64,000 nucleotides of DNA from a virus (taxonomy: Duplodnaviria > Caudoviricetes): positions 1-64,000 of IMG/VR virus record IMGVR_UViG_3300037249_001368; one strand, given 5' to 3'. A program made the position numbers and the translations under genes. Below are positions 35,027 through 45,116 of the stretch, piece after piece (position 1 is the first letter of the stretch; each line of letters opens with the position of its first letter). The notes beneath the pieces were generated by a model that did no database searches, was not told the DNA's origin, and worked only from the letters and a program-made list of their open reading frames with translations.

Positions 35027-37465
35027 ATGCTTAGAATTTTTGATAGCAATCATGACCAAATCAGTCGAAACACGATTATATCCAAAAATCGTTTCAACAT
35101 CTATGCTCATCAGAAATTCACGATTCAGATTCTGAAGTTCTCGAAGGATGCTGAAACCAACCCACCAAGGCTCTATGACTTGGAGCATAACTCGGTAGAC
35201 TACCTCGAAAACATCTATTTCTGTACTCTGTACATTCCTAAAAATGAGACAAAAGTTGTAATCAGGGTTTTCGAAGATTTTACCCATTCGGTGTTCGTTG
35301 ATTACATGGTGGAGTATAATGATGGGAATATCCTATCTGATGACCAGCAGCATTACAACGACATCATGACGAATAAGGGCATGCCTCCTTACGAGGACAT
35401 AGCCAAATCAGTCATTCCTGAATCAGATTATGACTCCCGAGAACTTATCAAAAAACTGCTTCTTGACCTGAACAAGATTTTCAAAAACAAAGGAACCAAA
35501 GAATCAGTAGAAAACTTTTTCAAGTTCCTCGGTTATGAAGATTATACAGATAACAGACTTATCATTTCTGACATTCTTGATGACAACCAAGAAAAAACAG
35601 GATATTATGAAGCACTGTATCATTATTATAAACAGATATACCGTCCTGAGTTTGATGAAAATAATCTACCTAATGTAGAAATCAACATACTGAATATAGA
35701 CGGTTTCAAGGAAGCACTTTTACACGCAATCAAGATTGCTAACAAATACTTCACAACCGAAGAACAACTGATTGATGTTGTAAACATTCAGTTTAGTGCA
35801 AACTCACCAAAGTTTGATTCTATTGTTTCGAGGAACCGTTTGCATTTCCAATACGATGCCCTGTATTTCCGTCATGACGTGAAAATTAATGTCCATACTT
35901 ATGATGAGTATGAGCGATTTAAGCAATGGCACGTCAAGGACACTGCTACGATAAACCTGAATCTCCCTAAGCATGAAATCAAGTATTTCATGACTGCCGA
36001 AGAAATCGCAGAAATCCAGAGCATAGAGTTCTTCAAAATCACTGATGAGATTTTCGAGGATACTGAGATTCTCCCAAGTCAAATGGCCGACATTAGAAGA
36101 GGTTTCGGTGCCATTCTTCATATTTCTGTCACAATTCCATCAACAACAATCACTACGAGAAGATGGGTTGAAACAGAGTTTTATAACATCGAGGACCCGT
36201 CTATCAAAATAACCACACCGAGGGTTGAGTTGGATACCGATGATGAAATCACCGAGCAGATAGCAGTTTTCAAGAATGGTGTATACAGATTTTTGGTTAA
36301 CATTTACGACACTTACGGAGCTAAGGAAACATACTTCTATGATTTTGTCCTTGCTCAGGAAAATGTCAGAATCGATACCGATGTTTTCACCTCCAAGAAC
36401 TTAACATCACTCAACAACCCTAATGAAATCTATCAAGACACCACTGTTCCGAATTTGTCATTGACGGAAGTCAGATTGGATATACCTGTCGGAAACAATG
36501 TATTTGTTCCGATAAACAGTTACCAACTTTCACAAGCAGATGTACCAACCAATCTAGCCACATATTATGATGTAGATTCACCAATGCACATAGACAGATG
36601 GCTGTCAAAGAAATATGTCAGACAGTTTGAGAAGTTCAACATGAACTATCGACTGAAAGATATCACAGAATCAATCCCGATTGCTTTGATAGATTCATTC
36701 TTAGACATAAATGTTCTGCCAAAATCAGAATCAGATGAAGACATTTATGTTGAAATCTACGACCCATTCAGCAAAACGCGGTTGGTGCCTTTATCAGAAC
36801 TCAATGAATCAATGAGTCCTCTCGATAACCTGTTTGTGTTCCATTCAGAAATTTTTGAGAGAAGATACCGTGTTTTGGATGATTACGTGGATGTGTCACT
36901 TGGTGACCATTGGGTGATAATCGGAATGTTGTCAGGATTCAATCTTGATAACTTCAATGAGAGAATATTCATCAAACGAGGTGCAGAATATATCAGAATA
37001 ACAGAAGTCGAGGGTTTCTATAAATCCAAACAACCTCTGTATTATGATATCCCGATGGCTATAACTCAAGACGAAGTCACTGAATACTATGCGTCAGATA
37101 CAGGGTTATATGCCTATGTAAAGCAGCAGGACGACACGGTTGAAACAATTCCGTGTATTAAGTCCCTGTTCCCACACCTGACCAAAATGAGAGATTATCA
37201 CGAGAGTTATGGTTTGAAACTGAACGATGTGGTTTACGCAGCCGTCTCACCAAAATATATAGATTATCCGTTTGAATGTGAATGGGACGTGCAAGACACA
37301 TTTACTCATGAATCTCTCAAATTCTCAAAATCGAAAACTTTATTATATAGATACAAACTGAAAAATATCATAGACATCTTGTTGAAGTTTTATCTTCAGG
37401 GTTTTGACCAAACCTACGAACACGTGAAACTTCTCCAATCTGTACAAAGTTATCAAGAATCATGA
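35027..37465 (+). CDS. Putative baseplate wedge protein (gp7-like N-terminal motif)
   Basis: LNKIFKNKGTKESVENFFKFLG. Confidence 0.6.
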   Translation: MLRIFDSNHDQISRNTIISKNRFNIYAHQKFTIQILKFSKDAETNPPRLYDLEHNSVDYLENIYFCTLYIPKNETKVVIRVFEDFTHSVFVDYMVEYNDGNILSDDQQHYNDIMTNKGMPPYEDIAKSVIPESDYDSRELIKKLLLDLNKIFKNKGTKESVENFFKFLGYEDYTDNRLIISDILDDNQEKTGYYEALYHYYKQIYRPEFDENNLPNVEINILNIDGFKEALLHAIKIANKYFTTEEQLIDVVNIQFSANSPKFDSIVSRNRLHFQYDALYFRHDVKINVHTYDEYERFKQWHVKDTATINLNLPKHEIKYFMTAEEIAEIQSIEFFKITDEIFEDTEILPSQMADIRRGFGAILHISVTIPSTTITTRRWVETEFYNIEDPSIKITTPRVELDTDDEITEQIAVFKNGVYRFLVNIYDTYGAKETYFYDFVLAQENVRIDTDVFTSKNLTSLNNPNEIYQDTTVPNLSLTEVRLDIPVGNNVFVPINSYQLSQADVPTNLATYYDVDSPMHIDRWLSKKYVRQFEKFNMNYRLKDITESIPIALIDSFLDINVLPKSESDEDIYVEIYDPFSKTRLVPLSELNESMSPLDNLFVFHSEIFERRYRVLDDYVDVSLGDHWVIIGMLSGFNLDNFNERIFIKRGAEYIRITEVEGFYKSKQPLYYDIPMAITQDEVTEYYASDTGLYAYVKQQDDTVETIPCIKSLFPHLTKMRDYHESYGLKLNDVVYAAVSPKYIDYPFECEWDVQDTFTHESLKFSKSKTLLYRYKLKNIIDILLKFYLQGFDQTYEHVKLLQSVQSYQES

Positions 37466-37986
37466 ATAAGATAGACAATCTGCTGTTTGCCAAATACAAA
37501 AAAGAATTTGTCAAGCACCCTGACAAGTATCTGAATGTCGAAAATCTTCTGAAAGAGATTAAGAAATACACCAATCACAATGATTTGGAAGAGTATGTCC
37601 TTGCGGAGATGTGCAGAGGTTTGTTCAAGCTTAAACTCGAAACAATCCTTAAAGAAGCAGGCTTTGCTTTTTATGACTTCATCGACGAGAGCAAATTCCG
37701 TAAATACTGTATCGAGTGGGATATGTCTCAGGAAGATAACGTTAAAGCAATGTTCATGGACGCTAAAGTTATGAAGACTGTTTTCAAACAGGTCAACGCT
37801 GCTTTATCGAGAACAAGAATTGTGTTGGTGCCGACATTCCCTGAGCACCAATTATGGACCGACAGAATTAATTTCGTCGATAGTCTTGATTACGACGGGT
37901 ACGAGTTCTTAGATTTCTGTGATGATGCAGATTCTGATACTCTCCACGACGTGTCAAAATATATCGACTTCATCATTGTAAAATAA
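37462..37986 (+). CDS. Hypothetical protein
   Basis: 174 aa; ATGA overlap. Confidence 0.75.
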   Translation: MNKIDNLLFAKYKKEFVKHPDKYLNVENLLKEIKKYTNHNDLEEYVLAEMCRGLFKLKLETILKEAGFAFYDFIDESKFRKYCIEWDMSQEDNVKAMFMDAKVMKTVFKQVNAALSRTRIVLVPTFPEHQLWTDRINFVDSLDYDGYEFLDFCDDADSDTLHDVSKYIDFIIVK

Positions 37987-37991
37987 TTGCC

Positions 37992-39056
37992 ATGAATCTC
38001 CCCTATTTTGACCCAATCCAAACCAATCCCGAAAGAAGCACTTATTATGCTTTCAGTAAGGCTATGAAGGATTTGGATAAGGCTATAACCGAGAACAAGT
38101 TGTGGTATTTCACCAAGATGATTGCTTTAGACCTGCCCCTGTGGAACATGGCTGATATGTTTTTCAGGTTCAGAAAGAGCACTTCGTCTCCCGCTGGTGA
38201 CATAACCAATTATTACGAAGACCTCGAAACTGGGCCTTTCCCTGAACTTGAAACAGACAGTTACATCAATCCAAATGTTGTCATTCCGAAGATGTTTCAG
38301 TACTATTTGGAAAACATCATTCGTCAGACGAATGTGACTAACAATGGTATTAATGACGGTTCAGAGGAACACATCGCCGAACTGGCATTTTGGAAAACCC
38401 TGAATAAGATGGGAATCAGTAATGACAAGATTTATGGACTCAATGGGGAGAAGTCTATTGTAACTTACGCAAATTCCATCTTTACTTCTTCGTTTACTGA
38501 TGTCAGCAACAATCATGGTTGGTGTGAGATTTTGGGTGGTATTCCTAACAAGTGTCCGTTGCTCAAAGTTGACGGAACATCTTGGAATGTTTTGACCAAT
38601 ATTGACAGTGTCATTAGTGCTGACGAAAACCGTGACCATGCGATTTACGACGATGGAGACGGAAGTTTCTCGTTTGACATGGCGAACAACAAACGCGTAT
38701 TCGATTTTGAGCACGCGGTTTACGACGAGGATGATGTTCAAGAATTTGACTTCAATACTCTGCTTCTATTTTACACTGATTGGACTGGTGTTCAGAAACT
38801 ACACGGCGTTGATTTCATCTTCCCATTCAAAGAAACTATGGATGGTTGGGGACAAGAAAAAATCAAGCACTGGAGCAACAATCTGCAATCATTCGGTTAC
38901 AGCTTTAAGTTTAACATGAAGAGTTGTAACAATCAGGTCAGCAAATCAGAAGTGTATGAAATCAACGAGGAGACATTCTATGATGTTTTCGAGGAATCCA
39001 TGAGCAACTTCAATTCGTTCTTAGAACTTCAAAAACAAAGAGGTGAGATAATCTGA
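37992..39056 (+). CDS. Putative structural protein
   Basis: 354 aa within the baseplate cluster. Confidence 0.65.
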   Translation: MNLPYFDPIQTNPERSTYYAFSKAMKDLDKAITENKLWYFTKMIALDLPLWNMADMFFRFRKSTSSPAGDITNYYEDLETGPFPELETDSYINPNVVIPKMFQYYLENIIRQTNVTNNGINDGSEEHIAELAFWKTLNKMGISNDKIYGLNGEKSIVTYANSIFTSSFTDVSNNHGWCEILGGIPNKCPLLKVDGTSWNVLTNIDSVISADENRDHAIYDDGDGSFSFDMANNKRVFDFEHAVYDEDDVQEFDFNTLLLFYTDWTGVQKLHGVDFIFPFKETMDGWGQEKIKHWSNNLQSFGYSFKFNMKSCNNQVSKSEVYEINEETFYDVFEESMSNFNSFLELQKQRGEII

Positions 39057-39067
39057 ATATCTGAGTT

Positions 39068-39433
39068 ATGATTGATTTGGCTTTGAATACTGACGGAAGT
39101 CTTGAGAAGAATTTCACGGACGACCCATTCCATCTTTTCATCCAAGAACTGGCTGTGATTTTTTCTTTGGATGAAACAGATTTTTATGGTTTTCCGAGAG
39201 TTCTAAATCTTAAGAAATACGTTTTTTCAAAGAACTTGTCAAACACTCAGATATCTAATGAAATCAGGAAATTTGTGATTGACAACTGCGAACATTCAAC
39301 ATACATGAAATGGGACGTTGTCACCAATTTTATCAAGACTCCTGAGAACCGTGATGTTGTTTACATAATTTTTAATATATACAAAAACAACGGGGAAGTT
39401 TATACTGACCAATTCGTAATCGGAAATGCCTAA
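39068..39433 (+). CDS. Baseplate wedge protein, gp25-like
   Basis: 121 aa, MIDLAL N-terminus, immediately before the gp6-like gene. Confidence 0.6.
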   Translation: MIDLALNTDGSLEKNFTDDPFHLFIQELAVIFSLDETDFYGFPRVLNLKKYVFSKNLSNTQISNEIRKFVIDNCEHSTYMKWDVVTNFIKTPENRDVVYIIFNIYKNNGEVYTDQFVIGNA

Positions 39434-40931
39434 CAAAACCAAAGATATAACACAATCCGTTAAAGGAGTTTTCAGCGATTTCATATCAACGAGAGTTCCT
39501 CAGAAGATTTCTAATGTGCTTTGGGGTCTTTTCAATGGTGTCACTGCTGCTATGGAACATCTTGAGTGGAAGATAGACACCATGATTCGGGAACGAAACA
39601 TCCTGACAGCAACACATAAATCTTCATTGAGGTCCTTGGCTGCTGAAAATGGTTTTGAACCGAAACTCAGAACTCCATCACAAGGTTTAATTAAACTTAC
39701 AATCAACCAAGCTCTGTACAACAGGGTCGGTTATCCTCTTTTCATACCGCCCTACGCCGAATTTAAGTGCAAGGAAAACGGTATGACTTATTACTATGAT
39801 TCCGATACAGCATTAAGGTTGGTTGGTTCCAGTTATAAGATTCCTGTTGTTGAGGGAGAAATCAAAAACATGTTTGTAACGGCTACCGGTGAATCAATAC
39901 AGAGAATTTATCTGTCTGATGATACTATTGCCAATAACAGTATTTCTGTTTACGTTGGTGATGACAGGTTTGTTGAGGTGAAATCATTCTTTGATAACAT
40001 GAATCTCAACGACAACAAGCAGTTCATTGTCAAGTTTTCACACAATCCTCAAACACCGATAATCATATACCTCAAAGGTGCTAACAATGGTGATTCATTA
40101 AAGATTGAGTATCGGACGACTTATGGGGAATATGGCAACATCACTGAGTACTCCACTTTTGAGACAAATGACATCATCAATAAGAACGGGGACGAGATTT
40201 CTGTTTCTGACGATGAGATGCTCATAGATTCGTCATTTGGTTTTAATTTGGGTTCCAATGGCACTGACATCAATGCAATGAAAGCAGCCATTGGTTATAA
40301 TCACGGCAGTTCACTGTTGTTTGATACCATAACTTACAAAAACTTCATAAACGGTTTCAGCACACTTCTCCTCCAAAACATATTTGTTGACCCCAACAAA
40401 CGAAGTGTGAACAGGATTTTTGTTTCTAAGAAGCAGTGCTTGAATTTGGTGAATGCTTCGATAGAATCTGAATACCGAAAAGTGGTAGAAAACAACTTAT
40501 ATGTCCTGTCAGAAGCCAACAAAAAAGAGTTATCAAACATTTTATCAGAACATGAGCACTGCTTAAGTTCTCATGAGATTTACGATGCACTGGTTTGTAA
40601 GTACGCGTTTCAGATAATGTTTGATACCGTTCAGGAAAAGGATTATCACCAAAGTAGGATTGCTTCTTTGATTTACAAAGAGTTCGCGCAATTCCTTTAT
40701 GACAAGAGTCATGTTTTTTACATTGACGACTTCATCCATGATTACGAAGTAAATAACAATATAAATCTGGATTACTATGTTTTCAAATCTGTTGATGATG
40801 GTGATTCAGAGAAGCGTCAGATAAAACACGCCGATTACCTACCCGTACTTCAGGGCAATTTCGACATTACGACTGACGACGGCAACATGGTTCAGCTGTT
40901 CGCAGATATAAACTTTGTTGTACGCAATTAG
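39426..40931 (+). CDS. Baseplate wedge protein, gp6/baseplate J-like
   Basis: RERNILTATHKSSLRSLAAENGFEP; IEYRTTYGEYGN. Confidence 0.8.
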   Translation: MPNKTKDITQSVKGVFSDFISTRVPQKISNVLWGLFNGVTAAMEHLEWKIDTMIRERNILTATHKSSLRSLAAENGFEPKLRTPSQGLIKLTINQALYNRVGYPLFIPPYAEFKCKENGMTYYYDSDTALRLVGSSYKIPVVEGEIKNMFVTATGESIQRIYLSDDTIANNSISVYVGDDRFVEVKSFFDNMNLNDNKQFIVKFSHNPQTPIIIYLKGANNGDSLKIEYRTTYGEYGNITEYSTFETNDIINKNGDEISVSDDEMLIDSSFGFNLGSNGTDINAMKAAIGYNHGSSLLFDTITYKNFINGFSTLLLQNIFVDPNKRSVNRIFVSKKQCLNLVNASIESEYRKVVENNLYVLSEANKKELSNILSEHEHCLSSHEIYDALVCKYAFQIMFDTVQEKDYHQSRIASLIYKEFAQFLYDKSHVFYIDDFIHDYEVNNNINLDYYVFKSVDDGDSEKRQIKHADYLPVLQGNFDITTDDGNMVQLFADINFVVRN

Positions 40932-40965
40932 TGTGAGTGCTCGGTATAATCAAAATTTATCAATT

Positions 40966-42183
40966 ATGACAAAACTCGTAAGTTCTCTGGAAGATTTGTG
41001 TTTGGATGCACATCTGTCATTTACGGTGGAAAAGAGTGTTGGAACTAACACCTTCGTCATCACACCTGACTCTGCATCCCAAGCCATTTTCGACAGAATG
41101 AAAAACGGTTCTTATATCAAATTCTGGAACGCTGGTGAGTCCAAGAAAGGTATCGCCATTGTCGGAAAATTTGAAACAGGACCAAACGCAGGTTTGATAT
41201 ACATGAAAGTCATCGCTCAGATACAGAACGCTGTGGATGAGGGTGATTCTCTGTATACTTACTCCTACTTCAACAAGAATTACAAGTTCTTAAATGAATA
41301 CCAAACGCTGCAGGATATTTTGGAATATTTCCAAGCACCCGCAGACGTCAACAACGCAGTAGATTTCATACTTGACAACGGTGGGTTGAGTCAGGAAAAT
41401 GGAGTGCTGATGGTTGAGCCCTACAACTCCCGCCACATTCTAATGTCACCAACCCAAGAATCAAAACTTGGGAAATTACCGTATGTCATCAGTCTGTATC
41501 AACCAATTTACGTCAACACAAGAACTTCAATGTTCTATATCAAAAAAGTCACCTCGGAAAAATCGAGACTTTTTAGAGTTCATGGTTCTTGTACCAACGG
41601 CAGACAATTTGATTTTGACATAGACATCAGTTCACCGAGCGGAACAGATGTTGTGACCGTCTACAACAGGCCTCGAGGATTTTATATGAATCTCTTCATC
41701 TGCCTAAGAAAAGCCTCTAATGATGATTTATATTATCAAGTGTGCTTCGAGCGTGATGAGAAAAATCCTGAAATGTATAAGGATTTCACGGTAGACGTTA
41801 TGTCAATAGAAACACCGTTCCCTGACCACATCAAATACGACATCAATCCTTATCCAAATTATCAGACATTTTTGAATTGGGCACAGGATGACATTGAACT
41901 TACGCCTAGATTCATAATGGCTGACACAACAGGTGCTTATGTTGAGATTGGTGGTTCTGGCACTTCTTACTATAAGACGGTTGCCAACGAAGGAACATCA
42001 AAAGTGATTCCTGCTTCTACTCATAATCGGGGCTTAATGCCAAGCGTTGAGTGTTACGGTATTGAGCAAAATGTCAACAGAAGTTTGCAGACCGAGGTTC
42101 TGATAAACCAATATGGAGACGTCGAGGTGACATGGAATGGCGGCGTTTCCTTGGCAGACCCTGTCCTAATTGTAATCAAATAA
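40966..42183 (+). CDS. Putative tail/baseplate-associated structural protein
   Basis: ATG 40966 preferred; C-terminal IPASTHNRG...VEC module shared with 43434. Confidence 0.7.
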   Translation: MTKLVSSLEDLCLDAHLSFTVEKSVGTNTFVITPDSASQAIFDRMKNGSYIKFWNAGESKKGIAIVGKFETGPNAGLIYMKVIAQIQNAVDEGDSLYTYSYFNKNYKFLNEYQTLQDILEYFQAPADVNNAVDFILDNGGLSQENGVLMVEPYNSRHILMSPTQESKLGKLPYVISLYQPIYVNTRTSMFYIKKVTSEKSRLFRVHGSCTNGRQFDFDIDISSPSGTDVVTVYNRPRGFYMNLFICLRKASNDDLYYQVCFERDEKNPEMYKDFTVDVMSIETPFPDHIKYDINPYPNYQTFLNWAQDDIELTPRFIMADTTGAYVEIGGSGTSYYKTVANEGTSKVIPASTHNRGLMPSVECYGIEQNVNRSLQTEVLINQYGDVEVTWNGGVSLADPVLIVIK

Positions 42184-42255
42184 TCAAAATAACCAAAAAC
42201 ATGAGGCCTTCAAAATCAGGTTACTTATGTCAAACCATTTAATAATTTACCAAAA

Positions 42256-43326
42256 ATGAGAAAAATTCTGTTTACCGCGATTTTCGCGATGATGGCGATT
42301 TTTGGTTTCAGCCAAAACGCAAAGTACAACAGTGACTACAAGTACTCGTTCTGGTCCAACCTGACTTTAGGTGGTTCGGTTCAGTACCAAAGAGCGGTCT
42401 TCACCAACAACACACAAAACTTCGGTGTCGACCTGCGAATGACTAAACAAATCGGAGACAACTGGCGTCTGCGTGCACTGCTCGACGTCAACGGCTTTTT
42501 AGCCAACGGCTTCGATAGATACGGAAAAGGAATGATTGGTGCTCAGTTAGAGTTCCGTCCCTTCTACATTTTTACCGATTACGGAGCGAATTTCAACCCT
42601 TCAGGAACTACGAAAGTTGGCTTGGCCGGCGATGGAGGCATAGGCTTCTTGTTTGATATTGGACGAGGAATGTATATGCACACTGAAGTAGGCGTTGACT
42701 TAGCGAATAATGGAAACTTGTGGAATCATAACGGCTTTATAAAACTCGGATATGACTTCAAATTGGGTGTTACAGAATTAGATAGACAAGGCGAACAGAT
42801 ACAAAGAAACCAACCTCAATTAGTAAGCGAATTACAGACTGAGAACCGATTGCTAAAGACAGAAGCGCAAAAACAAGCCAAAGCGACAGAGGAACTAACA
42901 CAGACTATCGAAGGGTTTACCAAGCAGTTCGCTGATATGCAAACAGCTCTGCAAGCATGCCAAGCGCAGATGGAAGCGTTGAAAACTAGTCCAATGAAAG
43001 CAGCCAACTACGGTGATGGAGTCATAGCAGTAATTTTGTTTGACTTTGCATCTTCGGATTTGGTGCCGACTGAGGAAGACCGAGTGGCAACGGCGGCTGA
43101 AATTATACTACAAGATGATTACGTGTATATGGTTGAGGGCTGGTGCAGTAACAACGGAAATCCTTACAACAACCAACTTTTATCTCATGCGAGAGCAAGT
43201 ACCGTCAGACGAGCATTGATTGATTATGGCGTCCCTGAGACGCGACTGGTTCCTGTTGGCAATGGTCAGTCAGATGTCGACGACAGCAGAGAACAGAAGG
43301 TAATCATCAAGCGAGAAATTCGATAA
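42256..43326 (+). CDS. OmpA-family outer-membrane protein (signal, beta-barrel, coiled coil, OmpA_C-like)
   Basis: Sec signal; amphipathic beta strands; LFDFASSDL...VEGWCS...NQLLSHARASTV...GVPETRL. Confidence 0.85.
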   Translation: MRKILFTAIFAMMAIFGFSQNAKYNSDYKYSFWSNLTLGGSVQYQRAVFTNNTQNFGVDLRMTKQIGDNWRLRALLDVNGFLANGFDRYGKGMIGAQLEFRPFYIFTDYGANFNPSGTTKVGLAGDGGIGFLFDIGRGMYMHTEVGVDLANNGNLWNHNGFIKLGYDFKLGVTELDRQGEQIQRNQPQLVSELQTENRLLKTEAQKQAKATEELTQTIEGFTKQFADMQTALQACQAQMEALKTSPMKAANYGDGVIAVILFDFASSDLVPTEEDRVATAAEIILQDDYVYMVEGWCSNNGNPYNNQLLSHARASTVRRALIDYGVPETRLVPVGNGQSDVDDSREQKVIIKREIR

Positions 43327-43353
43327 CAACTTTCTGCACGATTTTCAATAGCG

Positions 43354-43382
43354 GCGGGCACGCGAGTGTCCGCTTTTATTTT
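43354..43382 (+). terminator. Intrinsic terminator
   Basis: GCGGGCAC-GCGA-GTGTCCGC followed by TTTTATTTT. Confidence 0.75.
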
Positions 43383-43433
43383 GCTTATTTTCGGAATTTA
43401 ATTCTGAAATACATAAGTACATAATATACAAGA

Positions 43434-44639
43434 ATGGCTCCAAGAAAATCATATCCGTTTTTGTCCGATGTAGACATGAGAAATAATGCTTTAGCTAATG
43501 TGCTGAAGATTATTTTCAACTCTCTACACGTTGCTCCTGAAGACCCAGTCGATGGCACAATGTATTTTGATGCCACAGGCAAACTGAAAGTTTGGGACTC
43601 GAAGGTACAATCATGGAATGACTTCTTGCAGTTATCACCTGCGAACAGCATACTTCATTATAACGAAGACCACTCAGGTCTTTTGGCTGAACTCGTACTT
43701 GAGAAAAACAGTTCAGGAACTCTATACGAGTTGAAAGACGGATTCGGAAATCTTGTATCATCAGCAGCCATCACTCAGTATACAATGACTTATGACTCAC
43801 CCAATCACCGCATAAACCTTTTGGCTGATGGGGTTGTGGTTTCGTATATTGATACAACAGACTTCATTATAGAAGGTATGTTGGATAATGTGTTGCTGGT
43901 GGTTATAGATGACAAACTCGAGAATGTGCCGTTGATTAGAGTTGCGAGTAATGGTCTGATTTCAAGAGCAGACCCGTTGTACTTCAGAAATTCTGAATAC
44001 GATGTAACACAGCAAGGAAGCGGAAGAACTGAGGAGGAACAGAGTGAAGAAGAGTCCTCGGATGACCCCTCTGAGGAAGAACCCGAAGAACCGATTATCA
44101 GCAGATACGCTTGGCAACAGATGAACAGCACTGGTCGTACAGTGGTCGTTTATACTGAAACCTTGACTCCTGAAATCGGTGAAGATGTGCTTGGTGACCC
44201 ATCATCACAGATAGTCGTTGGTACTGTCGGTGATTACCAATCAGGAAAAGAGAGAGGAATTTACCTCGTCATGATTTTCAACACAAACAGTGGCAAGGTA
44301 GATACGTGGGTAAAGATTCCTATTCCTGACCCGTACAGCGCTGGTGACGGTATTCAAGTAAGAAACAATGCCATCAATATATACCAAAACGCGTACTGGA
44401 AAGTTATTTCAGTACAGGCGGGTGTCACAAGAACCACATCAATACCAGCATCCGAACATCTTATGGGAACTGAACCGATAGTTGAGTGTTTCGACAATGC
44501 GATGAGGGTTTGTGAACCCGAAGTCATAATCAGCAGAACACCTCCAAACGCTGGAAATGTTACTGTTGTTTGTCGTTCTCACACAGCCGATACAGTTTAT
44601 GTTAGAATTAACGGTCTGTATTCAGACCAAGAAGTGTAG
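43434..44639 (+). CDS. Putative tail fibre-associated structural protein
   Basis: N-terminus similar to 44645; acidic linker; C-terminus similar to 40966. Confidence 0.7.
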   Translation: MAPRKSYPFLSDVDMRNNALANVLKIIFNSLHVAPEDPVDGTMYFDATGKLKVWDSKVQSWNDFLQLSPANSILHYNEDHSGLLAELVLEKNSSGTLYELKDGFGNLVSSAAITQYTMTYDSPNHRINLLADGVVVSYIDTTDFIIEGMLDNVLLVVIDDKLENVPLIRVASNGLISRADPLYFRNSEYDVTQQGSGRTEEEQSEEESSDDPSEEEPEEPIISRYAWQQMNSTGRTVVVYTETLTPEIGEDVLGDPSSQIVVGTVGDYQSGKERGIYLVMIFNTNSGKVDTWVKIPIPDPYSAGDGIQVRNNAINIYQNAYWKVISVQAGVTRTTSIPASEHLMGTEPIVECFDNAMRVCEPEVIISRTPPNAGNVTVVCRSHTADTVYVRINGLYSDQEV

Positions 44640-44644
44640 TAAAA

Positions 44645-45073
44645 ATGGCAAGGAAGCTTTTCACAGAACTTGATTTGCAAAGAAATCAGATTCTGAATAT
44701 TGTTATCGAAAACTTGGCGTCGGACCCAACTTCGGTCTACGACAAGGTGGAAGGTGCATTCTATTATAATACGACACGAAAAGTTTTGAGGATATTCAGG
44801 AACGGTGCGTGGGAAGATTTGCTGTCAATGTCAACTGGCATGAGAATCATGGCAGTCGACAGCTTACCTCAACAGGGAGAAGAACGAGTTTTGTATTTGG
44901 TGAGGAAAGCAGTAGGTACCAACCGTTATTCATCATATGTCTGGGTTACAGACCATTACGGTCAGGTTTCAGGTTACAATGTTGATTGGACGGAGATTGA
45001 GAACAAACCGAATATCCTTGATTGTGAGTATTTAAGCGAAAACGAGATACTTAATTTGAAATACATAGAATAG
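44645..45073 (+). CDS. Putative tail fibre-associated protein
   Basis: LDLQRNQILN...LASDP...EGAFYYNT; VDSLP...VLYLV; VDWTEIENKP. Confidence 0.75.
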   Translation: MARKLFTELDLQRNQILNIVIENLASDPTSVYDKVEGAFYYNTTRKVLRIFRNGAWEDLLSMSTGMRIMAVDSLPQQGEERVLYLVRKAVGTNRYSSYVWVTDHYGQVSGYNVDWTEIENKPNILDCEYLSENEILNLKYIE

Positions 45074-45116
45074 AAAAGTTCAAATCGAATCTATAAAAAA
45101 CTAAAAATTTTTCAAA

